Part shown: positions 21,442-35,020 of the stretch, one piece after another
Position numbering within the stretch: position 1 is the stretch's first letter
How the letters are laid out: each line of letters begins with the position of its first letter
Assembly (NCBI RefSeq): GCF_963921235.1
Contig: NC_086101.1
Location: forward strand, 27,094,001-27,158,000
Length of the DNA: 64,000 bases
DNA from: Mobula hypostoma
Lineage: Eukaryota
Reading direction: 5' to 3'
Notes under the pieces: model-generated
What the model saw: only the letters and a program-made list of their open reading frames with translations
The model's database searches: none
Told to the model about the DNA's origin: nothing
Position numbers and translations under genes: made by a program

Positions 21442-23043
21442 TCAGGGTAAGGAATTCACAGATCACACAGGAAAACCACTTTCTTTGCTGTAGACAGGAT
21501 CTGACTTGCTGCACAGAAGGAAATCCTTTGTGGATCCGCTAGTGTTTGCCTTTCATGCAGACACCCACCTACCTGCATCACCAGACCCTGCTGGACACAC
21601 ACACACACAGATAAACCACGTGCCAGATAAAAGACCACTTCTCTGCTGGTGATGCTGGAACCACCGGTGCTTTAGGCCAGGACGGGACCCAGTTTCTGTC
21701 CTCGCAAGTCAGAAACACGGAACAGTACAGCACAGGAACAGACCTCTGGCCAATGATGTTGTGCCGAATTTTGTTGAAACTACAATTTTACCCAACTAAC
21801 CCTTTCCACTCTATTTTCTGTGGCCAAAAGTCTCTTAAATGCCTCTAGTGTATCCTGCCTCCTTCTCTGGAAGCACATTTCAGGTACCTATCACCTTACA
21901 AAAACCTGTACACCTTTGAACATGTCCCCTCACCTTATATGCATACACTGTAATATTAGATATTTCAACCTTGGGGATAAAAAACTCTTACTAATGCCTC
22001 TCAATCTTATAAACCTCTATTGAGTCTTCCCAAAAATCCACAAAAATGGTATAGAGAAAAATGAAATCTTAGTTCCTTCTAAAACCTACTAATATGGGCA
22101 AATGGACAGAACTGATGAGAAGCCACTCAGATTAGTTAGGAAGGGGACCTTTTCTCACAGGCTGACAGACAGCAAACACAATTAATAGAACTGCTGTAAG
22201 AACTTGATGTCTGGCAGCATCTGTGGGGGAAAATTGAACGGTCTGACCCAAAACACTGGTCACTAATCAGAACACCTCCACAAATGTTGTCCGAGTTCGT
22301 CCAGTAGTTTACTCTTTGCTCCTTTCACACACAATTGAGTATTTAGCCAGAATCAGGAACAGGGACTTCGGCTATCATACCCACGTCAATCCAATCACCT
22401 GAATGCACCTATGCTCTCAACTTCTGAGAATCTCAAAAATAAACTTAAAGGGACAGTGTAAGGATATTACAAATTGTACGACTATTCATTTAATTCCACA
22501 ATAAAACAGTGATTGAATGATGCCCTGAATACCACTCCCCAACAGCACACTGAGTGAAGACAGAACACAGTCCTATTTCCATCAGGGAGTTTGAATTTGA
22601 ATTTTGCACCCATCTGTGGAAGTTTCTCAACACAAATGACACTGGAGTGCTCCACTGACATGGGATATTTTGTCAACCAGACAGTGCCATTGCAAGTATT
22701 CACACGAAGAAGGAAGAAGGAAGGATCTAACATCAGGAATCTGTACTACCTGGGTCATGCCCTCTTCCCACTGCTACTGTCAGTCAGGGGTTACAGAAAC
22801 TGGGAGTCTCACATAACCAGATTCAGGAACAGCTACTTTTCTACAACCACCATGATCTTGATCTTGAATGAACTTGCACAAGCAAAATGCAGGGCTACAT
22901 GAGAGGGGTTAAATTAGAGTAGAGTAAATGGTCAGCATTACACTGTGGGCTAAAGGGCCTGTACTGTGCTCTACTGCTCTATGTTCTATCACACAGTATA
23001 ACCTTGGAAGAAATACCGGTCTACACTCTGTAACATGTTATCA

Positions 23044-23301
<258 letters not shown>

Positions 23302-24411
23302 TCAGGACATTATTTGCACCTGAATTTAAAAGACTGGTTGGCCAGTAAAGACACACACATGCATACATGGCACAACATGAGCCAGCTTCAAAGACAAGCC
23401 ACCCTGCCGTCAAGGGTATCTTCAAAAAGGCAGTGCCCATCAGCACTGGATCCTTGACATCCTAGGCATGACCTCTTATCACTACCATCATGGAGGGGGT
23501 ACAGGAGCCTGAAGACACATACTCAATGTCTTAGGAATAGCTTCTTCTTCTCTACAGTCAGATTTTTGAATGGTCTGTAAACTGATACACAACCTCACTC
23601 TTCCTCTTTTGCACTTTTTTTAATTGTGGCTTCATAGTAATCTTTTATGTCTTGCACTGCTCTGCTGCCACAGAAATGGCATACATCAGTGATAATAAAT
23701 GTGAGTTGGATTCTGGTGAGGAGACCAATAGTGCACTGCACTTAGTAAGCATGAAGATGCAACACCATGCATTGTCACGCACTATCAGAACAGTCAAGCA
23801 GATGTGCAATGTAAGAGGAAGTCTTTAAGGTGTTCTATCATGTGGGGAGAACTATGGAAGGAATCCCACTGTGTGGGACCCAAGGAACTGAGACTTCTGC
23901 AGAAACAGAAGGGCAGGCGTTTCAAAATAAACACTCTCAGAAAGTTAGGCAGTAGATGCTTAGGGCGCTGACTAAACAGCACTCAAGACAGTTCAGACAA
24001 AGATGCTGAAATCAGAAACACAGTGGATCGAGCAGCGTTGCTGGAGGTAAGGAACTGTTTACATTTTTGGTCAAAAAGCTGAAAACAGACAGTTCGACCC
24101 GAAACATTGACAATGCTTTTCCTCCAATGCTGCTCGAGTGGCTGAGTTCCTCTACCACATTCTCTGTTACTCACAACACCTCAATGGATCCACAGGTACT
24201 GACGTACACAGGGTCGCCTCTGTAAACTGGAGTTAACATAGCAGGTCGGCGTGAGGCAGGGAAATGGAGCAACAGCAAATCCAGTTCTTGCTGATATTCT
24301 TATTTATAGTCCTTGATCCCACATTATAAAGTTTATACTGCATTCTATCCAACAATTACTAATCAGTACAATCAAAGCTGTTTGCCAGGTCCCCAGATGC
24401 CAATGACTCAC

Positions 24412-24498
24412 CTCTTCTTCGGAAAGCTCTCCGGCTCTCTTGCTCAAGTCAATATCTGCTTTCCTCAGCACCACATGAGCATAGCGTCTCCCAACACC
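24412..24498 (-). CDS. RPS18: RPS18 exon 3
   Basis: [29 protein letters not shown]. Confidence 0.97.
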
Positions 24499-27400
24499 CT
24501 GACAACAGATTATTGCAGACAATTAGAGAGGCTCACAATAGATAGCATCAGAATCAATATCCTGAAGACATTACATCAAGCCGTTGGAGCAAATGAAAGT
24601 AAATATGGCCAAGATTCAGGGAAGGTATGGGACTAATTGGATCTAGATCTTTACAAACACGCTCTTTAGAACGTCCTTAACCTAAACTGCATCAAATTGA
24701 CACATCACCCCCACATGTACCTTCAAAACACCAGCAGGTCAGTCAGCATCTGTGGGGGCAGTGAGATGGCCGACATATTAGGCCGAGACCCTGCATCTGG
24801 ACTGTACAACAGACATCTCAGAGAAGGCTAGGGGAAAATGGGATGAGGAAGAATTGAAAACATGCGGCCAACACAATGTTCAGTCCTGACCTGGCAGAGC
24901 TGTATTTTTAGACAATAAGGCAACAGCACAATTAGGCCATTTGCTTCACCACCATGGCCCATTTATTATCCCTCTCATCCCCATTCTCCAGCCTTCTCCT
25001 CGAAGTACCAATATAATTTTACCCCATTTTACAGATTAACAAAAATAACTACCACCAAAAATGAAAACACTGTCAAATGCACAAAACTCCAGCAAAGTGC
25101 CAATAAATGGGATGAGTTAACCAGTTTCAAGAGGGGAAACTATCGAACAGAGTGAATGATGGCACGGCCACAAGGGGCAGAGTGCTTAAATTCAGAAAAC
25201 TAGTGACTGCAGAAACTCAGCAGGCCAGGCAGTATTTGTGGAGGGAAAGGGACTGTCAAAGATTTGGGTCAGGCCTAATGCAGACAGTTAGAGGCTCACA
25301 ATAGATAGCAGCAGAATCAATACCCTGAAGGCATTACATCAGGCCGCTGGAGCAAATTAAAGTACTGCCGAGATTCAGGGAAGGTATGGAACTGAAATGG
25401 CAGTAATTCTCCCTCCTGTCACAGAAGCTGCTCGACCCACTGACTTTCTCCTGCAGTTTGTTTTGTGGTCAGAAGATAAGAGAACAATTAAAATCAGAGT
25501 GTGCCTGGCTAAACTGAGAGCCAAAAGAGAGTAATGGACTTATAAGCACGGGGCAGACCACAGCCCGAATGAGCTAATGGATGCTTCAGATCTACAATTT
25601 TATGTCAAGAGTCAAATGCAGTAAACTGTGACAGTGCACTATTCGGAAATCCCAAAGGCCAGATCTCCCTTGAAATGAGCAGAGCACGGGAAATTGCTGC
25701 CTGGGAGGGTGGCAGGAGCTGGATCATTGGATGCAGTACAGAAGTTGGCAGATAAACTTTAGATGAAGGAATTGAGGGTTATGGGGAACCAGCAAGGCTG
25801 GTATAAATCAAGTGCTATCATATTGAATAGTGGGGCTCAAGTTGCTGAATGGCCTACTCTAGTTCCTTAAAATAACGTACACGTGGTAACAATTGACATT
25901 TCCAGTAGTTTCTAAAGGGCAGGGAATGGGAGAAGAAAGTTGCTGGAGGCTTGTGGGTTGCAAACAGATGGGTAAGAATGCAATGCTGTGAGTGCACAGC
26001 CACCCAGCCACAGAACAGCAGCAACACTGGGAAGGCAAAGGTCTGTCTGACTACTTTACAGGACGAGGAAGGGAATTATCTTTGCAGAATGAAATTAGGG
26101 GTTCTAATGAAAATGGCACTGACCAACGTTTTTGAAGAGACAAGTATTTGGAGTGGGGGCAGGAGTTTAAAGACAGAAGTCAAGAGTTTGAGAGGGGCAA
26201 TAATGAAGAGAAGGAACAGTCAGTTTAGACTGAATGGTTGACCAATGGCGTTCTAGAGGACAGCGGCATCCCAGTTATTCTCAATTTATACAAAAGATTT
26301 GCTAGAGATGAAGCGTAGCATACCATGTTCAATCGTCACAAAGCTGTACGGCAGCTTGAGATGAGAGGGCAGTGTGATAGTCATACTTTATTGATCCCGG
26401 GGGTACAGACTCCAGTAGGAAAGAGGAATTCAAGGTAGAAATTGGTGAAATCACCCATGGGTGGAAATAACAGGAAAGTTAATTTTCAAAATGGCGAAGT
26501 TGAGGCGCGCTGATGCAGAGGGACCTGGGTGTGCTGGTACACGGATCACTGTGGGTATGGGTACAGCAGATAATGCTGACCATCACTACCGAAGTTATAC
26601 AGACCCCGGGGAAACCACACCAGGTATAGAGGATGTGCAGTGAAGCTTCACTCCATTGATTCCAGCGTCAGGGTCCAAGCGGGTAAATAAACGGCCTTTT
26701 ACACTTAAAACGAAAACATTCCTCCAATTGGGGGGGGGGGGGAGAGAGAGAACCTGGAGCAAGGCTCAGTCTCCAGATAAGGGATCTTTACCGAGTACGG
26801 CATAACTCACCATGATGTCAGCGAAGGCTCCGCCACAAAGTACAATTCCAATAGGCCGCTTCAGAAGCTGATGCTTTGCCAAGTCAGCTTTAAATGCAGA
26901 TACCAGCCATGAGTGGGTTGAGTGTTATGGAAGAAAATTACAAAAGCTTGACTAGCTAGATATTGCTCAAGATCTGGGTCATGAGGGTGACAGGATAAGA
27001 GGCAGATGCTGCCTTGCTTGTGCGAGTTATTGATAGCTAGACATAGATCATGCCAGTGACGAGGTATTGTTAACCTAGTGGTCACCAACCTTTTTAAGCC
27101 CAAGATCCCCTACCTCGGCCTTAGTGAAAGGCAAGATCGACCTACTAAATCGTTTAGACACAAGCATGCGCACCAGGCAGAAGGGACCAGAAGTGGAACC
27201 CCGCAGCCCCGGAAGCTGTCTCTCTTTGCAGGCAGCTTTCCGTAGCGGGAGTGTTGCTATGTTACCATTTCCTTAATTGGTATTACTTATCTTTATAACG
27301 CTCACATTACAACACCTTTAATTCTATGTTTATCTAATTTTATTTCAACACGAAAAATAAATGAATAAAAATTGACTGTTGCACTCAGGGTGATGACTAG

Positions 27401-29620
27401 GGCTGAATACTTTCTGCTAGTTCCCTGAAATTTGGCTAACTACAGGCAGCCAGTTTGAGACAGTCTGTGAGGTGTCTGTCAGTAAGACAGCACCTGTACT
27501 TAGATTTAATAATTTTCATCTGTTGCAGCATAGCACCCTCGCAAACCTCCTGACAGACTGAATATTTGACTGGAGAGTTTCCTTTGTTGGACTGAATGTT
27601 GAATCTGCCACGTTTTTCAGGTGTTTTGTATTGGTAAACTGTTACTGAGACACTAGTATAAGTTTCAGAGGTACGCAAGCTAATGACACCATTGTTTGTT
27701 GTTTCCCAATTCTTTTACATTAGGGGAATGTTGGAATTTAAACAGGGAGAAGTGTTGTAATGTGAGCATTATAAAGACAGGTTGATGCCAATTAGGATAA
27801 TGATGATGTAGCAGTGCTCCCGCCATGGGGAGCTGTTTCTGGGGAGAGGTTGTTTCCGGGGTTGCGGGGTTTTGCTTCCGGTATTTTCTGCCCGGTGCGA
27901 ATTTTTCATTTTTTCCCCAGGATCTACTGGGAAAGTCTCAAAGATCGACCGGTCAATCACAATCGATTGGGTGGTGACCACTATGTTAAACCAAGATGTC
28001 TAGCAAGTAGCAAATAGAGGAACAAACTGTAGGCATGTATCTACTATTGTGTGTACCACATAGGAACGTTAGTAAACCTGATACCCAGGAAGTGTTTAGC
28101 TGTTGGCTATTGACCAAAATTTACTCTCTCAATCTAAGCTGAAATCTGACATTGTCAGTCGTAAGACATCACCCTGTGATCACGTAATAAACGGGTTAAC
28201 CACATACCGAGGACTGTGTTCTTACTTCTGTTCCCTAACTGAGAAAAGTCTCTCAGTGTTTGGTGACAAAATTTTTTGACAGCAAATCAGAGTAAATTCT
28301 TCTACAGGCGTGTAATCAGGAGTGGGAAAACTAACGTTCAGAAAGCTGAGTCAGGTGTACTGCTAGAGCAACTTTCAACTTGCTTGACCAGAAAAAAAAC
28401 AAAATTTACAGATAAACACTGACCGGTTCTGTTCTCAACACCACCTTAAACCCACAAGCACCCAGTTGTCCGTGCTCCCTTTAAATTTAGCAAGATCACT
28501 ATAAAATTTACCATGGAAGAAAAGAGTAAAGTAGGAAGTCTGTCAGACCAATACAAATAACAGCCAATAGTTCACCACCACCAAATTCTTCAGGATGCCA
28601 GAGAAGAGTTTTGCTGTAGTTCAGGACAGAAATCCACAAATTGGACATTAATGGAACAAGGGATATGGGGCAAGTACAGGACCACAGGAGATCGACCATG
28701 AATGGTTGAACAGGAACAAGAGCCCAAACGACTCACCCTGCTTCTATTTTTATTTTAAATAAAAACAAATTATCTTTATTTCATTGCTCTGCAGGGAACT
28801 TCAGCATGAGACAAGCTCCAACCAAGCTAGGGCACCAAATTCATTTCCTAAAGATGATACCATCCAAATTCTGGCTACAGGTACAACGAATCAAATGATG
28901 CAACTGAAGTTATTTTACATCAGATTATCAATCATTCTCTATACTATGCCACTCGAGTGAACAACACTTAAACCATGGCACAATGAATACAAGATCACAT
29001 GCCAAGACCACTACCAGCGTACACTTCCGTTTTGCCTCCAGAGGTTTAATTGGTTCCTGAAATTAACAGCCCAGAGAATGCTGGATGATTAAAAAAAGAT
29101 AGGAATAGATCAACCAAGAACTCACACCAGATCATTTGAGCTGATTGAAATAAACTCAATGATTTGTTGAAGTTTCTGCAAAACAATTTCATACCTGTAA
29201 AATTATCTAGATACTAAACTTTAGCTGAATTATTTTACTCGGACGGTAGATTTGGTCACAGAAGCCCAAGAACAACCAGACTGAACGAATTGATGCTCAC
29301 AGTGGTGATGGTACATTGAAAGACAGACTGTAACAATTTAAACTCACTACAGTAAGTTCAAAGCACAAAGACAAATACAAAGGACCATCACAGAACCTTG
29401 ACCTGAAATGCTGAGCATCCCTTTGCCTGCTTGACCCACTGAGACCTACCAGGTGCAGACAAAGGTCAGTGGCTTTAAACACACTCAGAATGGATGCTCG
29501 TGCTAATGGCACTCAACACTGTTGGTCATGTCAGCTCCAGTCACAAGGAATCAGAGGGGGCCGTATGACCATTTTAGGACTTCCCGAGTCTTTTTCCCCT
29601 TCAGATTTCTGGGCAATCTA

Positions 29621-29764
<144 letters not shown>

Positions 29765-31019
29765 TTATTAATAGAGGAATAGACAGAAGAAAGCAAAATT
29801 GAATTCTTGGACACTATACACTCCCTCAATATGTTATACCAAGTTTTAAAAATTAATAAACTTTTCTAAACACAGAAAACAAGCTTCTGCTTCAAGTCAA
29901 CAGGTCAGGCAGCAAAGGGATAGATGATCAATGTTTTTCTCTATAGATGCTGCCTGGCCACTGAGTTCCTTCAGTAACTTGAGTTTTGCCACAGATCTCA
30001 GAACTTACATAAAGACAGGGCCATATACAACTCAGCACAGAGGAGGTGAGAAAAAAAAATTCATCACCAGAGGGAAAACCAGGGAGGGCATTCAGCCCAC
30101 CAAGCTGTATCAGTGCTTCAATTCTCAACTATTATCACACTTTCCCATACACTGAACAATAAGCAGCTCAGTTAACTCACTACTTGGGCCCCAGAGACCC
30201 GGCTTCAGTCCTGACCTGTGGGATATGTGGAGTTCCCATGATCTCCTTGGGTGGAGATTATTTTATTTTACCCATACAGTGCAGAGTAGGATCTTCCAGC
30301 CACGCCACCCCAGAAAACGCAAAACCCTGATTGACTGTAACCTAATCACGGGTCAATTTGCAATGACAATTAACCTACCCAGTACATCTTTAGACCACGG
30401 GAGGAAACCATGCATTCCCCGGGAAGATGCTGACTCCTTACCGATCAGCACTGGAATTGAACCGTGAACTCTGGAACACCCCCAGCTGTAATAGTGTCGT
30501 GCTAACCACTTGATCCAGGTGCTCCGCTTTACTCCCACATCCCATTAAATGGCTGCTTGTAAACAGTCTCAAAGGAGGTGCAAAATTGCAAGATAGAGAA
30601 GGGAATGGGATGGGCTGCAGTTCAAAAAGGGTTTGACTCCATACATCAACATATCCCTCTACATATGCTGCCTGATGCACTGGGATCTTCGAGATGCACA
30701 TTCCAGTGCGGGTACTGTCTCCAATCAGACAAGGCCGCTCCACGGAAGCCAAGTTGCCACCCAAGGTCTTCAGGGGCTTCAGAGCCACGCAAAGCCCAGC
30801 TCACTGAAAGAAATTCCGCATGCCCCAGGTTTAGAGGTGCACCCATCTCGAGCATCACATCCTGATGTGGCAATTACTCTGCCCAAGAACACACGAAATC
30901 GCTGAGCTGTGCACAGACCAGTCCATCACAAAAACAGCCTCCCTACCATGGACTCTGCCATTAGGTAGGAGGTACAGAAGACTTAGGTCCCTCAAACATC
31001 AGGCTCTTGACTTCCAATA

Positions 31020-31480
31020 CCAACAACTTTCCTGGCAAATGTACAGCCCCTGGGAAAATAAAATCTAAGATCGCAGAGTTAGAGTGCTGTACCAGAGGGA
31101 CATTAGGACCAGTTGTGTTTTCTGTTTCACAGAATCCTGGTCCGTTCCCGACAAAGCAATTCAGCTTGACGGTTTACACCACCAACACACAGGACAGCAG
31201 TCTTTCCAAGGCAGAATGCATTACGATCAGATCCTCCTGGTGCACAAATGTGGTGGCCCTGGAACATCTTGCAATCATCTGCTACAAGACATTTCAGCAA
31301 ACGTCTTGGTAGTGGTGTACATCCCACCTCAGGCCAATGTCAAACAGGATCTAGACGAACCGAGTGATGTTATCAGCAGGCATGAAACAGTGCATCCTGA
31401 TGCCTTCCCCATCATTTTGGGGAATTTTAACCAGGCCAGCTTGAAAACAATCTGTAAACAATCCATACCAACAAATCACT
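31020..31480 (+). mobile_element. LINE endonuclease fragment (Rex1/L2-type) in RPS18 intron 1
   Basis: FCFTESW...VVVYIPPQANVKQ...IILGNFNQA, APE-like motifs with internal deletions. Confidence 0.65.
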
Positions 31481-32591
31481 TGTATGACGAGCCTCCTGGT
31501 TTATCCTCAGCTTTTGATTCAGGTACGTAAAAGTTCTCGTAGACACACGCTCATCCAGGTTCTAACTGAAGTCAGTGACTCATTCAGGCTCGAAGATGAA
31601 TCCCGGAATACAGCCCAGTCCACCAATTCAAAGCAGTAGACGACACCATCAAGACCACTCACCATGCCTCAAAAAGCTGGCAACCATCATTAAGGCCAGG
31701 CAGCACCTCTTCCTAGAGATGCTGCCTGGCCTGCTGCGTTCACCAGCAACTTTTATGTGTGTTGCTTGAATTTCCAGCATCTACAGAATTCCTGTTGTTT
31801 GTGCCCATCATTAAGTCCATCACCCTGGTCTCATTGCTACCATGAGGAAGGAGGTACTGAAGCATAAAGGCACATGCTCAACAATTCAGAAATAGCTTCT
31901 TCCCCACTGCAATCGGTTTTCTGAATGGGCATCAAACACTACCTAATTGAACTATTTATATATTTATTTTTAGTACAGCTGCTTACTGTAATTCAGTTTT
32001 TCTCTATAAAGTATTACATGGTATTGTTGTGGCAAAGTTTACAAATTCACGACATATGCCCATGATACTAAAACTATTAACGGCATGCCAAGTTTTTCTC
32101 CACTGTATCTCAGTGCATGATCAAGTGATCAGGCTTCCCATCTCCTGCCCCTAATCACTGATTCTAGCCGCTACCCCCACCATGGTTGGCATTTACTTTA
32201 CTAAAAATGAGCGGCGCCCCAGCAACAACCCTCAGTCCCATCTCTCCTCCTCCTCCTCCCCCTCCCCCCGCCCAAACCAAGTGCCTCTCACTCCTCCGGG
32301 CAACACTAGCCTCCCTCCGGTCTCTCGCCATACTGGAGGTTGCTACGGTCAAAACCGCTTTCCCGTCCCCAGAGGCTTACAATAGTTACCGACCATCGCT
32401 CTGCCACCACCCGCTGGGCCCGCGGCCTCAACATCCCACCACCCCCTTCTCCCCCAGTACGGCGGATTCCCCCAGCCGGTAGTAAATTGGAAGCGGGATG
32501 CCTCAAATGGAGCGAACTCCGGCGAATGGAGTCGGATTAGGGCGGATTGGAAGCGGATGGCAAAGGATTGAGACGGCGGGTCGGGACTCAC

Positions 32592-32594
32592 CAT
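32592..32594 (-). CDS. RPS18: RPS18 exon 1 (initiator ATG only)
   Basis: gccgccATG|gtgagt. The six exons sum to the canonical 152 aa. Confidence 0.93.
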
Positions 32595-32614
32595 GGCGGC
32601 CACGGCGCTCGCTC

Positions 32615-32685
32615 GGTCTGAAAGAGGAAAAGGAAGTGGGTCCCACTGCCTTTATATATGACTGGGAATCGACTTCCGGTAAGTG
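32615..32685 (-). promoter_or_regulatory. RPS18: RPS18 core promoter: 5'TOP tract, TATA box and ETS site
   Basis: Minus strand CTTCCTTTTCCTCTTTC (about 32620-32636), TATATAAA (32651-32658) and CCGGAAGT (about 32673-32680), inside a CpG island spanning about 32130-32800. Confidence 0.8.
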
Positions 32686-32999
32686 CAGCGCTACGAGTCC
32701 GCCTGGAAACCCCATTCTGGGAAATAGGTTCCGCATGAGAACTTTACGGAGAACCAGAGAGAATCAGGATGCAGGCGCCGAAATCTGGAGAAACCTCTCT
32801 GGGTCTGTAGATGTTTCCAGAATTTTTAGCTGGATTAAACAGAACTTGACAAAAACAGAGTTTCTGTGAAGGGAAATCTTGCCTGAGAAACCTGTTAGAA
32901 TTATGCGAGGAAGGTGCCTCACACGAGGCTGCTTCACAAGATAAAATCCTGTGGCGTTACAGGAAAGATACTGGCATAGCTGACAGGCGAGAGGCCGCA

Positions 33000-35020
33000 A
33001 AGGAGAATAAAATGGGCCTTTTCTGGTTTGGCTGCCGGTGACTAGTGCTGTTCCTCAGGGTTCAATACTGGGATTGCTGCTTTTCAGGTTGTTTGTCAAT
33101 GATTTGGATAATGGATTTGATGGCTTTGTGGCAAAGTTTGCGGATGATACGAAGGTAGGTGGAGGGGTAGGTAGTGCTGAGGAAGCAATGCGATTACAGC
33201 AGCACTTGACAAATTGGAATAATGGGCAAAAATGTGACAGATGGAATGCAGAATTGAGAAATGTATGATAATGCATTTTGGTAAAATGAAGAGTGCGGAC
33301 TAAATGGGGAGAAGGTTCAAACAACAGAGGTGCAAACGGACTCGGGAGTCTTCGTGCAAGACTCCCAGAACGTTAATTTACAGGTTGAGTCAGTGGTAAA
33401 GAAGGCAAATGCAATGTTGGCATTTATTTCAAGGGGCATAGAATATAAATGCAAAGAGATAATGCTGAGTTTTTATAAGACACTAGTCAGGCCCGACTTG
33501 GAGTATTGTCAACAGTTTTGGGCCCCTTATCTCAGAAAGGATATACAGTATTATCATTGGAGAGAGTCCGGAGGAGGTTCACGATGATGATTCTGGGAAT
33601 GAAGGGGTTAACATATAAGGAGCTTTTGGCAGCTTTGGGCCTTTATTCATTGAAATTTAGTGGAATATGTGGGGATCTCATTGAAACCTATCGAATTAAG
33701 TCAAGTCGCTTTTTATTGTCATTTCGACCATAAACTGCTGGTACAGTACACAGTAAAAACGAAACAACGTTCCTCCAGGACCATGGTGCTACATGAAACA
33801 ACACAAAACTACACTAGACTTCAGACCTACACAGGACTACGTGAAGTACACAAAACAGTGCAAAGCAGTACAATAAATAATAAACAAGACGATAGGCACA
33901 GTAGAGGACAAATTACAATATAATAATAAATAATGTAGATGTCAATATAGACTCTGGGTATTAAGGAGTCTGATGGCTTGGGGGAAGAAACTGTTGCACA
34001 GTCTGGTCGTGAGAGCCCGAATGCTTTGATACCTTTTGCCAGATGGCAGGAGGGAGAAGAGTTTGTATGAGGGGTGCGTGGGTCCTTCACAATGCTGTTA
34101 GCTTTGCGGGTGCAGCATGTGGTGTAAATGTCTGTAATGGCGGGAAGAGAGACCCCAATGATCTTCTCAGCTGACCTCACTATCCGCTGCAGGGTCTTGC
34201 GATCTGAGGTGGTGCAATTTCCGAACCAGGCAGTGATGCAGCTGCTCAGGATGCTCTCAATACAACCTCTGTAGAATGTGGTGAGGGTGGGGGGGGGGGT
34301 GGGAGATGGACTTTTCTCAGCCTTCGCAGAAAGTAGAGACGCTGCTGGGTTTTCTTTGCTATGGAGCTGGTGTTGAGGGACCAGGTGAGATTCTCCGCCA
34401 GGTGAACACCAAGAAATTTGGTGCTCTTAATGATCTCAACAGAGGTGCCGTCAATGCTCAGCGGAGAGGGGTCGCTCCGTGCTCTCCTGAAGTCAACAAC
34501 CATCTCTTTTGTTTTGTTCACATTCAGAGACAGGTTGTTGGCTCTGCACCAGTCCGTTAGCCGCTGAACCTCCTCTCTGTATGCTGACTCGTCGTTCTTG
34601 CTGATGAGACCCACCACGGTCGTGTCATTGGCGAACTTGATGATGTGATTCGAGCTGTGTATTGCTGGGACAGCAGAGTGAGCAGCAGTGGACTAGATAA
34701 GGTGGATGTGGAGAGGACTTTTCCTCTGGTGGGGGCATCCAGAACTAGAGGGTACAGGCTCAACATTGAGGGGCGACCTTTTAGAACAGAAGTAAGGAGG
34801 AGTTTTTAAACTAGAGAGTAGTGGCATGCTCTGCCATAGACTGTGGTGGAGGCCAAGTCTGTGGGTATATTCAAAGTGGAAATTGGTAGATTCCTGATTG
34901 ATCGGGGCATCAAGGGATATGGTGAGAGGGCAGGTGTATGGGGTTGAGTGGGACCTGGGATCAGCCATGACTCCACCATTAGGTTAAATGGCCTAATTCT
35001 TCTCCTATGTCTTATGGTCT
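33000..35020 (+). mobile_element. CR1 RT/3' end interrupted by a minus-strand Rex1/Babar-type LINE (33690-34665)
   Basis: CR1: VPQGSILG...FADDTKVGG. It breaks at gaaacctatcgaa and resumes at ggactagataaggtggatg. Insert: GLISKNDESAYREEVQRLTDWCRANNLSLNVNKTKEMVVDFRR. Confidence 0.85.

Noticed and set aside
22450-22720. Two hairpins in RPS18 intron 4 as an H/ACA snoRNA
   Set aside because: A stem ATGGCACTG/CAGTGTCAT exists on the minus strand, but there is no correctly placed ANANNA hinge or terminal ACA.
27750-28280. Possible solo LTR in RPS18 intron 2
   Set aside because: LTR-like composition and AATAAA, but no matching termini or TSD could be fixed.
29980-30067. GTGATGA...CTGA as a C/D snoRNA in RPS18 intron 1
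   Set aside because: No terminal stem, no recognisable rRNA guide, and it overlaps repeat-derived sequence.
32498-32869. 123-aa plus-strand ORF as VPS52 exon 1
   Set aside because: No resemblance to VPS52 and no downstream exons; it is an antisense ORF across the RPS18 CpG island.
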